A stretch of DNA of 61,576 bases, the filler included, from Platydemus manokwari (Eukaryota), in the NCBI GenBank assembly GCA_037951405.1. It is 5 parts of 5 records of this genome, joined end to end, with 100 filler letters (N's around TTAATTAATTAA, not from the genome) between each part and the next. Parts side by side here need not be neighbours in the genome. Positions count along the whole stretch, not along the records: positions 1 to 14,813 come from JBBMOY011388091.1; 4 more parts are not named here. The stretch is one strand, 5' to 3'. Positions 1-13,803 of the stretch are shown here, in pieces. The translations under genes and the position numbers were made by a program. The notes under the pieces are model-generated. The model was given only the letters and a program-made list of their open reading frames with translations. It was not told the DNA's origin and did not search any database. The number at the start of each line of letters is the position of its first letter. Within the stretch, counting starts at the first letter, position 1.

Positions 1-89
1 ACGTGTGTGTGTGTATGTATGTGTGTGTCTATACAGTTATGGTTATAATTTTAGATGACTGTAAGATTTAATGTTATTAATACATGCAG

Positions 90-3000
90 ATTTACCTTCA
101 TTCGTTGAAAATAATCAATGCACTAAATGTCACGGACACCAGAATAAAGAATTAATCGTAGACAATAACTACCATAATGATACAGTTGCTGGAAACATCA
201 ATATGGTAATTGACGATCATGATAAATCACCATTTGAAGAAACTACCAACGATACGGAACAAAATTTAGAATTTGTATTATGATTTTGATTTTTATTTTT
301 ATTTCAATTTATCATAGGAGCACAAGTCTGATAATGATTCTGAAAATATCTGTCTGGAGAATCAACATTACAATGAGTTGCTGGTAAGATTTTTTTCTTA
401 TAATCAAATTTTATATATGGTTTTATTATTACTGATTTCATTCATATCTTAATTGTGTTGAGATATTTTCTATTAATAAATTAATCCGATCAAAGAACAA
501 GTCTATTTCCTTAAACAAAACATTTTCCTATAATCTCCATTATATGTCTAATCATGTACTAAAATCTCCAACAATCATAAGATCACCAGGGACTCTTGTT
601 TGTCTGATGATCTTTCTAAAATAAAAATCTCGATGCATATATACAATACGGAATAATACAGGATTTGATTGACTGTTACTTCATTATCAATTTATTCAAA
701 TATCTTTATGGTATTGTGCTAAAAATGTAAATAATATAAACCGTTATGTTTTCATTGAATTTAATAAAACAAATGTTGATTTTAAACACCTGGAAATTTT
801 AATTCTCCGTAAAAATGGTATGAAATACTTGATTTTTAATTAAATAAGATATTTATAAATATGCAGCCAATTGATTGATGTCCTCATAAAGTTGTAATAG
901 ACACTGGATTCAACAAATATCAATTGATTCTTGAGCTAAAGCAAGGTAAAACAATATTCATCAAATATAGACATCCAATTGTTAAAATTGATTGAGATAT
1001 AAATATATTTGTCTTCATGAAATATAAACATAATTTATGAGTCAACAACTAAGAAATATTTACTGATAAATATGAGTTTGAATCTGTCTCTGAAGATTTA
1101 ATGATTTTACATTTTGTCTTTTAACCAATGAGATCATAAACAATATCAAACTTATTTATTAGTTATCGCTAGTTGTTGATATAAACCGTTTGAATGAAAA
1201 CGTTCTTATCAATGCTTGTTGTCAGTTATTTCGAATTAATACTGATTTTTCTATCAAATAAACCACCTACAATTTCAATAAGTAGAGATGATAATCACAC
1301 TTGAATTTTCATTGAAAATTAATATGTGATTTTTCAAATTTTGTAATAAAAAATCACAAAATGAAATTTAACTAAACGCGTGACGTATTTTATAATTGTT
1401 TCAATGTTTTTTGAAAATTATTCTTGAGATCACAATTAATTAATTCAATTAATTTATAATTTAATTAATTAATTAATATATGTAGTCAAATTTAGAAAAC
1501 TTCGTAGAACAGGTTCGTCATAGCTCGTTTCATAAAGCCGATGATGAAGAGTCTGTAAATGAAGAGGATTGTGTTAATCAATCGAAAATAAATGTCCTTG
1601 AAGATGCAGTGCGAAATCTCAGAGAATTGGATATCAATAAAGATTTTGAAAGCCAATATTGGGAAACTGTTCGTTCTAGCAAACCAGAATCGTTTGATAA
1701 TTTCGATAATGAGTAAGAAAGTTACAATTCTAGTAAATTAAATTGATGTTTTAAACATGAATTTACTTATTGCCTTCTACAGCTTTCAAAGATTTAATTC
1801 TCGACTATTATATTTGAAAATGTTCTCTAGGTTTCATCTACTATCATATATAGTTTAGAAAGTTATTAATCATATATTGGTTTAATAATTTATATTAATT
1901 ATGGAAAAGAAATCATAGATAAATATTATAGCATAGTAATACAGTGTAGAGATCCATTCGGAACAACAAACGTTAAAATATTAAAAAGGGGGAAACAAAT
2001 CCATATTAATAAATTATTATTAGGTTATCATTGATTATTTTATTAAATAATAAACCAGAAATTTAAAATAGATAGGAAGGTTTCCGCTAATTCTTTGGCA
2101 ATCAAAATTGACGAGCCGGACCAAAGTAGGTTCTCATTTCAACTCTAAACTTACGATATAATAATATTAATTAAAAAAAAATAATTTAAATTATTTTTCT
2201 ATTCAAATCGAGACTTGTTGCTGAAGGTAACTTAAGTCTGTTAATTTTTCCATGAATAAAATAGTTTGTATTGATTTATTCCACAAAAATAGCGAAAGTG
2301 TCTATCTCAGTGGATTTATTGAAAAATAAGAATATAGTATATCCTCGGTAATTAGTTATGGCAATATAAATTACAAACTCTATTTAGAGGATTATCTCTG
2401 TACTTTATCAGAAATCGAATTTAAGAACTTACTAATAGATTTATAAATAAATGTGTTTTGTGTAAATTATTGATAAATGAGCTTGCGTTTGTTTCCATCA
2501 TTGTCAAATAGATCCAGATCACAACAAGTTTTCAATTTTATATTAAATTTTCCTTGGCTGATTATTTAAAATTTAATAGTTTAGGGTGTCGGTTATTTAC
2601 ACTTATAATTATTCAGATTCAATATTTTGAATTTAATGTCTATTTTTTTTATCAATTTTTATATATAAAATCTTTGTAGATTCCATGGTTCTAGAATATG
2701 CGAAAAATCAAGCCTTGACGCTAATATTCTTCAACATAGAATTAATTATGTTTCGTTGTTCCTTAATAGTTCAACAATATCACCAAAATCTTTCAGTGGC
2801 AACAGTGATAAAAGAAACTCAGTCAGTGAACAAAGTGCATTTATAGAAGAATTAGCTCTTAAGTACTTAAATAAGGCTTCCGCGAAGCTGGAATCTTTGT
2901 ATAAATCTAACAAGCAATATACATGTGATACAACTTACACAAGTCATAATTTTAGCTTGGGTACAGAAGAATATTTTCGTCGAAATAATATTAATCGTAA

Positions 3001-3379
3001 TGGCATTGATAATGTCAATCAAAATAGTGCGTATTTCTCTTCAATTAGATTACCGGATGGTCATTCTTTACCAAGAAGTAAACATTTGATATCGAGTACA
3101 CCGGCTATTCATGGCCAACCGTTGCAAGACAATTGCTTTAAAAAACCTGATAATATTCATCGATACAACGACCATTCTGATTGGTCGTGTGTGAAGATTC
3201 TCGATGGGCTCAAACAACAACCATCGATTTTACCTGTTAAAAATCATGATTCGATTTATTGCTTGTTAGAAAAAAATCGGAATAGTCTCGAAACTGATTC
3301 ACAAAAATATACTTATTCAGAAGAAATGATAAATGTTTTAGATATAGACAAGCTGAAACAATTGCCGAAATATTTGTAG
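90..3379 (+). CDS. STIL: STIL/SIL (Ana2/SAS-5 family) centriole assembly protein, 3' exons (5' end outside window)
   Basis: GT-AG exons 90-274, 318-383, 1486-1712, 2680-3379 splice in frame. Motifs in STIL order: DLPSF, YNELL, LEDAVRNLREL, RINYVSL, STAN-region ELALKYL and FSLGTEEYFRRNNI, C-terminal LDIDKLKQLPKYL* (vertebrate LDVKRLRQLPKLF). Confidence 0.85.
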
Positions 3380-6249
3380 CACTTCAATATTGGAAGATTA
3401 TTTTTGTTATTGTAATTGTAAATACAACAATTTAGATATTGAATATAAATATTTTTGTAAAATAATTATTTGTTATATATTTTATAAGCACAAATTTGAG
3501 GATGTTGTTTTTCAGGTATTTGTGTTATAAATAACGTTAGATGATAGTGAGGCAATGTCATTTATAATAATTGTAACCTTAATACTGGGAAAGGGATTGG
3601 TTAAAGATTATTTATCTCTGTATTATCTACAGTTAACCTCTGACTAGGTGAAATCCTTAATAAATAGAAATTCCAATAAAAATCTAGATACGATTTTCTT
3701 AACTAGGTTTGAATAAAATATTCAGTGTTGTTAATAAATTATTATGCATTTTTGCAATGCTTATGGATCTTTTTGGAATGGATCCTTAGTTTTAAAGCAG
3801 AAATATAAACTGTGAATTTTATGAGATTTTCAAGTAGACCAGATATGCCTGCCACGTTTACAATGGTTCTTTACGAGAAAACACGAGAAAGTAAATTTAA
3901 TACCGATATTATGGATTTACAAAAAATTTTATTGTCAATGTATCAAATTCAATTGTGGTTTGTGTTTTCTACTGGTCGTAGCGATCTCCAGCAACACGTA
4001 TGAAGACAATGTTACAGAAAACTTAGTGAAAGTATCCAAATATTGTTAGTATTTATTGATTGTTTGTTTCACCAAAGGATTTCTTGCAACAATGCAGCAA
4101 TTTCTGTAAATGATAAATATTAAATGTAACATTACGTGTCACATATGCCATTATCCTCCATTATTATATTGATCAGTACAACAGAATTCAAGTTGGATTA
4201 ATAATGATTTATTTAAGAAAAACGAAAGTTAAATAATTGACAAAATAATATAAAAGTTTTGTTAATTGTGTGGACACTGCCTAAGCAGGTAATCACAAAG
4301 TATTCATCAACTTGATAAATATAAAACTTGTCAATTAGTGCAATGAAATATAACGACAGTTAAAAGAGCTCTACTCACTACTAAAATAATATTGTAAATG
4401 TAGGTGTCTTCTTGAGTGTAGAACAAGATTATTCTTATCTGAAACTTTGATAATTTATGTCAAATATGGTTTTCTCAGTGAATGCACTCTTTATATATGT
4501 GAGGAAAATTTGAAGGAACAAATTTACTAATAATCTTAATAATAATTTAGATAATGATTTTATTAGTTTAATAATAATTTTAAAAGGACTAAAAAATATT
4601 TTAGATTTTATTAAATGATTTATATACAGAAGCCTGACTAAGATTGGCAATAAAAAAGCTCTATGGAATGGATTTTAATTTGTTTACAAATGTTTTATTT
4701 ATTTTGAATAATAAAATTTACGAAAATCTTCTAAACGAATGCTTCTGTTGGGTACCAAAATACCTCAAAACAATAATAATAAAAGAATATAAATATATTT
4801 TTCCAAAAATCTAGACATTTAGACCCTCCTAAAAATAGAAAACAAATGTTATTAAATTATTCCAAAAATAGAACAAATGATCTGTAGGAGTCTAAAAATA
4901 GAATAAATAAAATACAATAGAAATTGAAAAGATGACCATCTAAAAAAATTGAAAAGAACAGTATAAAAAAGATGACTCAGAAATACACCCATAAATTATT
5001 TCCATAAAAATCCCACGATTATTGATTAAAACACTCATTACTATCGACGACATTTTTTATTGGAAAAATTTCAACTCTATTGATCGATTTCTTGAAGCAA
5101 ACAAAATACAAGCTTATTCAATTATTGGACAGATTAAGGACTTTAAACGATCAAAATTGGGTCTGCAGTCCTGTTGCTTTAATTTTATTTAAATTTAATG
5201 TTTTACATGCGATCTTTAGATTTTTTTAAAAAGTTAATTTTAACATTAGGGACTACATTTTTTTTATTTTAAGACACTAAAATCCAAAGTTTGAAAATGA
5301 AGAATTGATAAACAAGAACTAATTTTCAAGGAAATTGTACAACCGAAAATATTTTCTAAAGTCAAAAAATATGCGAAAAGAAGTTTCAATGAAAAAAGAA
5401 ATAAAATTAGAGGAAGTAATTCAGAGAGAATGTAGATGAAAAATTTTGAATTTAAAAATGATATAAAATTTAAACAGCAGCTTTTGCAGATGTCAATCAA
5501 AATAGTTTCTGATAAATATATTCAAGTTAAGTGAAAAAACTTGTCAACCTTTATAAAGTTAAAAATCGTATTCTAAGTAATGTGTGGTTTGCATCCAGAG
5601 GAAAAGTATTTCCAAATTAGTACCTTTTATGAAAAGTTAATGATGCTATTTCTGTGTTTCATTACAAATTATTACCAAAACGAGTAACCTCGTTACATTT
5701 TCTATTGTTCAGATTTAATTAATGCTTCCGGTTCAGCAATAGAAATTCATCGTCTTGATGCTGAGAGAAAATATAAGAAAAATCACTGGAAACATTAAGA
5801 ACAAAAACAGAAAATATCTCTATTTTGCTTAATGAAAAAATCTTAAAAGCTATTTGTTGGATAAAATTATTACGTCTAATAGAAGACAGAGCTTATTCTT
5901 TGTATGGTGTTGAGCTTAGACTGATTTCATCGTTTTATTGTATTTTTTTTCTTGTTTGCAATACAAATAATAGAATTAGATTCATATTAAATGCATCAAG
6001 TAAAACATCAAGAATTGTTTATGACAAATGGAATTTAGTGAATGATATGCGAAGTTGATTGGAAGAATGAAGGGCAAAGATGACGTCATAGTAAATAATT
6101 GGTAAAATGCATTAAGACAAATCTAATTTGAGCTAAAAATAGTTAACAGTCAATCTTAAGAGAATACAAAATCACATTTTATGCTAGTTCCGTACAGATA
6201 ATGATTTGGCTGAGTAAGAATTTTACATAAAATATTTATCGACGCACTT

Positions 6250-7560
6250 TGTTTTTACCATCCCTTAATTAAAACATAACCACACTCAATCGAAACCACA
6301 CAGAAAATTCATTTCAATGAAACATACACAAGTATCAGTCGAAGTTTTGGAAACTATGTTAATATCTTTGCGTTTGTTGCTTGTGATAGACTTCTATTCA
6401 AGATGTCTGTCAGTTTCCTCTTGAAGTCTCGGACTATGAAGTCAAGGCGCAGAGTTGGGGTTATCAGGTCAGAAAGTTACGAAGGAAAAAACCTGACGTA
6501 TCCAAGATTGAATTATGACGAAAGGTGGTTTGTTTGTTTAATGGGTGGGCAATATATTGGAATGTGCGTAGTCGATTCTGACGAGGTATTGCACCTAAGA
6601 AAAGTTAAAAGCAATTTATTTTGTACACAATGCCTTGAGTTCTGAATTGAATGGGTGATCTTTAAGAGGTATGTAACTTTTGGGTGACAATAAAATGCAA
6701 CGGGTGGATTTTCCCTGATATAAGCACTTGATATAACGATGAAAGTAAACCATTGCTTAAGCATAGTGTAAAATTTAACTGGCCTTATGTTTATGTAAGC
6801 AATTTATAAGGAAATTATTATTTGAGCTCCATTGGAGTGACACTGAGGAAGATGAGAAGTCATCAGTGTGGAATTCACAATCAATGTCTAAGGCAGAGAT
6901 TCGTCTGACAGCATGTCGGAAATTGGACCATCATGTGGTCTTTGAACCGTAAACAGAAGGAAGCTTTTCGAACAGTCATTCGAAAACTCAATCTAGATAA
7001 GAACAGTTCTTTGGAAATAGGTGATGACATTGATCAGATTAGAGATCATAAAATAAAAGGATACATCACAACTAGTAAGAAATTTTAAAGCACCGATAAT
7101 ATATCGTACTTATTAGTCGTAAATCCCGGCTTAATGCCAAGACCACCGAGTTTACGAAGAGTAAAAGGAATATCGTATTAAAAAGTTTAAAGGAATGAGA
7201 ATGAAGGAAAAATTTTTCTCAACGAACACAAGGATGGCAAGAAGCCAGGAGATTAGATTTCACTAGGAAAGCTTAGTTGCAGAGCATCACGAATACGAAG
7301 ATGAAAAGGAAATCATAAGTATAGAAAAGTTTATATCTTTTGAGCTGGGTGGATACGTGAATTGATGAAAAGGATAGTTAATGAAGCTAGTTAGTTTTAA
7401 TTTTCGAAACGAAAGCCTAAGATATTGATAAAGATTATCCTCGTGATACTTACACTTGGAAACATTTAATTTCATGTGTTTACCCTATTAACAATCTACC
7501 TGTACCATCGCACTACGAAAAATTTCCTCAGAGGATCTGCAAGAATTTCTTGCAACCACA
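6250..7560 (-). mobile_element. Decayed non-LTR retrotransposon with restriction-like endonuclease (R2/NeSL/R4/Utopia group), 3' part
   Basis: Minus-strand fragments in canonical order: MKLNVSKCKY..YQYL (RT end), RKLGGLGI (~7125-7160), RCNTSSESTTHIPIYCP (CCHC-knuckle-like), RHNSILD (6497-6520), LRLDFIV (RPD-like). Many stops and frameshifts; boundaries approximate. Confidence 0.75.
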
Positions 7561-8211
7561 ATGTAAATTTAAAGAAGATCAAAAGCCGTCCTGTACTGTA
7601 AGTCAAGTGATGATGGTTTTATCGCCCTATTTCAAATTTGTATTGCTTTTTATTTAATGATTTTGAAATTTTGTTACTTGAGGTTGGTTTTGTTCCCAGA
7701 TTGGGCAGTTTCAATTTATTTTTATAAAATTTTTTCATAAACTTTATTTGTGATTTTATCCACAGGTAGTTTAAAATTGAATAAGTAAATAAAAATTAAA
7801 TAATATTTATCTTTACAATTTTGTAGACTTGCTGAGTAGGTTGATTTGTGATTTTACTTCAAAATTTTTACCATTAGGAGTGAGTACAAGTATATAAGGT
7901 TTATTTTTATAGAAGAGAAAGACTTGTGTTTATTATTTTTAGCTAATTAGAATTTTGACAACCGTTGTGCAGTATTCCAATAAAATTAATTAATTCTGAG
8001 AAATCGGAACAATCGGTTTTGGCGTTAAGGAGTGTACACTGTTCAGTGGCACACTTTTTAAGTCTGAGCTAATCTCAGAATAGTTAATATTAATATTAAC
8101 ATAACTGATAGATTTATCTAAGGAGTTTATACGTCAGCGTTAACTTGGGTTTTATTATCATTTTTTGTTGTTGTTGTTTCTTTTTATTAAAAAATCTCTT
8201 CCCCTGCATTT

Positions 8212-8617
8212 ATCAATTGAAGAATCTCCAAACCAAAATTAATAAAAAATAAACCAAATATTTGTGTTCTGAATAGTTCTTTACCTGTCACATCCATGCA
8301 AAACCATCTTTTGTTTTAGAAAATTTCGTCCAATTAATTTTTTGACAACAATCTTTGAAATTTACCTCACCTGCTAGAAGGTTGCAGCATTTTAGCCAAT
8401 TGATAACGGTGAAGTATCTTCACACAAAAGCGGAAGAAGTACATCTTGATAAGTATTTCCTACCTAAAAATTAAACAGTATTTAAAATTAATTAAATTAA
8501 AACAAACAAGATCTAATATAAGTAAATGTTTAAAGCACACTAGATTTGTTGAATACGAGCAACTGAAGAATCTCCACCCCAACTTGAATCTATTGAAGAA
8601 TCTCCCCTAAATTTGTT
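8212..8617 (-). mobile_element. Merlin (IS1016-like) DNA transposon deletion derivative, copy 1
   Basis: Aligns by eye with 23520-24040, shares TTGAAGAATCTC subterminal repeats, and encodes an N-terminal transposase remnant VINWLK..LLA..DCC..KDGFAW. Confidence 0.7.
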
Positions 8618-10684
8618 TTGTTTTTTCGAGGTAAGATTGGCTGCCAATTGTTGGTTGGATTAATATTTGGGGTGTTACCATCCTTGCTAGTATTAGGTAA
8701 ACTCCGAATGATTGTGTTTGGAGCCAGTCAGATGACAGGTGTTCTATGCGGTTGAAATTTTGATGAGGTGAGATTATTGAATGATTCTGGTGATCTATGA
8801 TGTTATATGTTGTCTTAGATTCCTTCTAATTGTGTCGAAGAGAATTGATTGAAGATTTCCAGGAATTTTTCAGGTTACATTGTGCTTCGTAGAGTGCAAA
8901 AGAGAGATGAAAATCTCTTCACCAGGAAATCTAAGAATGATTCGCGAGCAGCTAGAGTCCAACTCAGAGGCATCGTGCAAGAAAGTAGTTGACAAAATGC
9001 AATTGCATTGTCTGTTGTTGCTTTCCGAAAAAAATTATTCGGATTTTCTGTGTAGGAATTTTCCTATCAACATCTGAAATCTCCAGGAACCGGTATTCTC
9101 TGGAAGTTCCAAGTGATAGAATTATTGAGAAAAACTGATAGTAGTTTTTCAATATTTTATTATTTACGCAGTAGTAAGAACTATTAAGTTTTCTTCATCC
9201 AAAAATTTAGAGCTTAGGGATCCTTGGTTCTAGTCCGATCTCTACCCGGTCCACTGGGTTGGCTGCATCTTGCGTTGCCCAACCTGAGCTTCAACCCAAG
9301 CAATTATGATCTACATTAACAATATATTCTAGTTTAGACAAGTACATAGAATATTAATATTATATTATTATATATCTTCAGATAATAATAGTTTTTAAGT
9401 TGTTTACTTATCATTAGTGGGAGTACCATAAGAATACTTAAAATAAAAAGGTTAAACGCTCACGGACCAGTTTAATAACGTTTTAAAAATTGTATTAGTA
9501 CGTAAGTTTGAAAATATTTTAAATTATTTAATTTAACAATTTTTCAATTATTGACTATTTGTAAGTAGATTCTAACTGAGTTATTATTTTTAGATACAGT
9601 AGAAATTTTTTAGTACCATTTTTAGTAAATAGTATAAAATTTAATAGACAAATCGAATGCGATTTATTAAAATTAACTTCATTTACACCCATATTTATAA
9701 TAAATTATTTATGGATTAAATAATGTACAAACCGTCAAATTAAGCAAATTAAAACTAGATTGATAAATATCAAAATGATTGATTTCATGATCGATGAAGA
9801 TTTTGAAAACTTGCCATCGATAGTAATAAATAATGACACTGACCAACGTTAATGAAACTAATCTTTTGGATTTTGTTGGTATATATTGTGTAAATTAAAG
9901 TAAATGAATATAACATTGTATCAATATTAAAATGATGGGAAATAAAACAATAACATTTTAACATTAACTCTACAGATATATTATTAATTTATAAACAATG
10001 AAATACGGAACGATTTAAGAACAATCTATCTCCTCAATAGCTTCATTTTAATTAATGAAGATTTAAATGAAGATATTTATTGCTTTGAGCGTTTTGTGAT
10101 AATAAATACCGGTCTACTGTTAACTTCTTATTAATACTACAATTCGACACTTCATTTTAATAATAAATTATACTTGATTAACATTTTATACCCAGTTTAT
10201 CAGTCGCACTTTTTAAACTCTAGCTGTTCTACTACTCTAGTTTTATACTCACAATTTTATTTCAATTTAATTATAAATAATGATGAAATTACCTTACTAT
10301 TTATACTATTATCCTAGTTGCCAATTCTTTATTAATTTATGAGCATGTTTTAGAAGTGTCCTAGACTGTTGAAAGAAGATATCTGATAGCTTCTCTAGAA
10401 CAAAAGAACAGTTCAAAGTATTTTTAATTTTTTTTAAGTTGATGACAATGAGTTCATATGGAAACAGGAAAAATAAGTAATTCTTATGCATTTCAACAAG
10501 ATTGTCGGAACTCTTCCTCAATTTGGAAATCAAACCTGTGTTTTAACTGGATGATAAGGCTGGTTATAACAGGTTTATTAATTATTGTTCAGTTAGAGTG
10601 ATATTTGTCTAAATAGTGATACTGTTTTCTCTGTGAATAGCTGAAACAGGGTCATAAGAAATTCAACTTGTTGTCGAATGAGCA

Positions 10685-11209
10685 TGTTGGGTATATCACA
10701 AATCAGTCAAAAAGGTCCTAAGAACCAAGGAAAAACCTTAAAAAGGGTCAATACACAAAAACCCGATAAACACAAGTGTTGTTTACCAATCAGATTTGTT
10801 CTAATGTTAGTCCATATTTAGAGGCTAAGAATCGACAGGCACATGCCTACAAACGGCAGCAAGCTCAAATCTCAAGTAAATCGATCCACAAACAAATTCA
10901 ACAAATTGAAAACGAAGATCCGCGACATCAAGCAGACACACCGGATTGGTTTATAAAAGATGTTGAATTCCATGGATTCTTGTCAGTATTTTTTTTGACC
11001 CCCAACTTTAGTGCTTAGTTTATATGTGATTTCAGTAATGAGTCTTTTTAATTACTCTTCATTTTGTTTTTGACTTTCAGGCGCTGATCTCATCTAAAGT
11101 GATTTTCTTTGTGAATTGCGTTAAGATTTGTTGTTGTTGTTATTGAGAATTTGAGTGTATTATTTTAGTTAATACAGATTTGTAAATTCAAATTGTTGTT
11201 GACTCAACA
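10685..11209. mobile_element. Solo LTR
   Basis: Termini TGTTGGGT...ACTCAACA (imperfect inverted repeat, TG..CA) flanked by an exact 4-bp direct repeat AGCA (10681-10684 and 11210-11213). Confidence 0.8.
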
Positions 11210-11475
11210 AGCAGATTATTCACCTGAATGAGATTTTTAGATGATTGTTGATAATTCCGTTAGTGATAGTTTGGTGTTTTCGATAATGATACGATTAGAA
11301 TATTTTAAGTGATTTATAAATGAAAGATGTTAGATAATTAGATTTCACGATAAGTGAATTGTGTGAAGGAAATAATGGTTTACTCTGATTAGTATAGGCA
11401 CAATTGGTGAAATAAGCGCATTTTAAAAGAGCACTAATTAGTAAAGATAAATTGAAATTGATGTTTTCTATCTAG

Positions 11476-11780
11476 GCCTGTAAGAATGAATATTTATCGT
11501 TCATAAGCTGAGTACACTAATATTTAAGACGTGCAGATGGGCATTCTACAGATTTTGGAATGAAACTTTCTCTGTCCTTTGATCAAGAATAATATACGCA
11601 ACACCTTAAAATCGATGATTTAAACTAACTTAAAACCAAACAATTACATCGGTATGAACCTATGCGTATGAGAAACTGGATCATCAACTCCAATCCATTG
11701 CATCACGATTATTTATCATCATTTACTATTGCATATTAACAATGTGACTAGAACAATTACAAATCATTTTTCTAGATCCA
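11476..11780 (+). pseudogene. Possible DEG/ENaC channel exon relic
   Basis: After an AG, reads ..RRADGHSTDFGMKLSLSFDQE*Y..YIGMNLCV*ETG.., resembling the ENaC GLxLxLxxxQxEY..GxxxxxH region. Several stops. Confidence 0.25.
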
Positions 11781-12096
11781 TAATGTGATCTTGCAATCAT
11801 TTTGCAATGTGTTCTGTTTGATTTCATTGTGAATATGTTCTATATTACAATAATATATTTCCTTTAAATCAAAGTTATCATTACAATATGGATTATTATA
11901 TAATTAAAATTATAAGAATATTTTAGGAATTTTGCTATATTATTTTATAAAATTGATTAACGATAAACAGTACATTAATAATAATAATAATAATATTTTT
12001 AACAAGGCAATTTATGATTATGGATTTAGAACTGTACCAAGGAAAATTTGATTCAATTTAGTACGAATTTAATTTTCCATCGATGTCAGAAAGGAT

Positions 12097-13803
12097 ATGA
12101 ATAAAAGACTTCAAAAAGCAAAAGTATTTCGACTTAACACTAAGGAAATCGTAGTCGAACAATTCAAATCTTTCGTGAATTTGAAACAAATGATGATAGA
12201 AAATGATCAACATCTTTGGGATTTTAAAAATAAAATACCTTTGAACTATTCTAAACCAAAAAATGATTCCAATATGGTAAAAAATTATATCAATTTCAAG
12301 CCACCTATTAATCATCATTTTGCTGATGTGTTTTCTGAATCCAGCTTGATGACTTATAAAATCAAAGAGATCTTAGAGAAGAATACTTTCAAAAACATGA
12401 CTAGTGCAGTTCATCAATTTGATAAATCAGATAATGCATATTTCTATGCTCGAAGTCGTTTTATTTATACTCCGTTGAATTATGTTAATAAACACTATGA
12501 ATCTATTTTAAATTCCAGCGAAACTTTAAATGGGGTTAAATTACAGAGATTTGTAAGACAATTTGAAGCATTGAATGGTGTTTTGCACATAAAACCAACG
12601 AAAGTATTTTCTGTAAAGCCTAATTTAAGTCCACCAGAGAATGTCAATATCCAAGAAACGACAGTAACAAAACATTATCGTGAAGTATCCGAAATGGTTT
12701 CCAACATACCATATCAGGTAGCTGAAATCAATATGGGGAATATTTCCAAATCTTCTAATATTTTATATTATAAACAATTTAATTTCAATAAAGATCTCCA
12801 ATATGACAACGGTTTAAATAAAATTCTGGAAAAAGATCAAGACGATAAACTAGTAAACCCTTTAAAGATAGATAGCATAAATACGACAAGCCCTGAGAGC
12901 AGATTATCAATATTAAGCGATGGATCAAATAAGAAATTTTTTTTGACAAAAGAAACTGATATCGTCAATGATGATCTAGTTCTATCAAATGATAATGTGG
13001 AATTAAGCAAAGCAGATCAAAGTACATCAGAGCATAAAACTTTATCAATAAATAAAATATCATTTACAAGTGATTTTAAAATCATTCATCCAGTAAAAAA
13101 AGCACAATCGACCAAAAAAATGGGGAAAAGGCATTATGCTAAAAAATCAAAAAGTGAACCAAGAAAGTTTGTGGAACTAAATGATGAAGATTTAGATTGC
13201 TGTTTGCAACGCATTTCCCAAACCTTTTTTGAAAACATAACGAATTTTGATGAATTCATCGATGGAGAATCAATGATAAATGAATCCAATGATTTCAAAC
13301 TATCTATTATTTATACCGAGTTATATATCTTTCTGTCAAATCAAATATTAGAACGATCTTTCTCTGGAAGTCAAAGATATATCGATAATGAATTGAAAAC
13401 TAAAATTATTAAATATTCTGGTAATTTTGGATTTGTTGATGGAATTTGTATAGAAGATGGACTCCAAGACGACGATTATGATCGCCGTGATTCAGACTCG
13501 ATTACGAGAGAATCATTTAAAGCTTTGTCACATATGTATAATTTAAAAACATTAGTCGGTAAATCAATTTTACTTGACAAAGATGAAGATAAGTCGAGAA
13601 TATCGCACGAAACAATTCTAAAAAATTATATATCAAAGATTCGATCTTATACAACGGAAAGTTCGTCAATGATAAGTTCAGATAATTCACTAGATCCAGT
13701 TGATGTCGAACTGATTAAAGCATTTTCGCAACGAATAACGGATGAACTCACTGAATTATCTAACGATAAAAGTTTGAAGACATGGAATTTTGATAATATC
13801 TAA
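12097..13803 (+). CDS. Hypothetical protein, 568 aa, single long ORF, no recognisable domain
   Basis: 1.7 kb stop-free frame in highly AT-rich DNA is very unlikely by chance. In-frame stop at 12070 upstream; AATAAA near 13867 downstream; S/N/K/D-rich middle. Confidence 0.75.
   Translation: MNKRLQKAKVFRLNTKEIVVEQFKSFVNLKQMMIENDQHLWDFKNKIPLNYSKPKNDSNMVKNYINFKPPINHHFADVFSESSLMTYKIKEILEKNTFKNMTSAVHQFDKSDNAYFYARSRFIYTPLNYVNKHYESILNSSETLNGVKLQRFVRQFEALNGVLHIKPTKVFSVKPNLSPPENVNIQETTVTKHYREVSEMVSNIPYQVAEINMGNISKSSNILYYKQFNFNKDLQYDNGLNKILEKDQDDKLVNPLKIDSINTTSPESRLSILSDGSNKKFFLTKETDIVNDDLVLSNDNVELSKADQSTSEHKTLSINKISFTSDFKIIHPVKKAQSTKKMGKRHYAKKSKSEPRKFVELNDEDLDCCLQRISQTFFENITNFDEFIDGESMINESNDFKLSIIYTELYIFLSNQILERSFSGSQRYIDNELKTKIIKYSGNFGFVDGICIEDGLQDDDYDRRDSDSITRESFKALSHMYNLKTLVGKSILLDKDEDKSRISHETILKNYISKIRSYTTESSSMISSDNSLDPVDVELIKAFSQRITDELTELSNDKSLKTWNFDNI

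Noticed and set aside
10776-11018. 80-aa ORF
   Set aside because: Lies wholly within the solo LTR; no protein motif.
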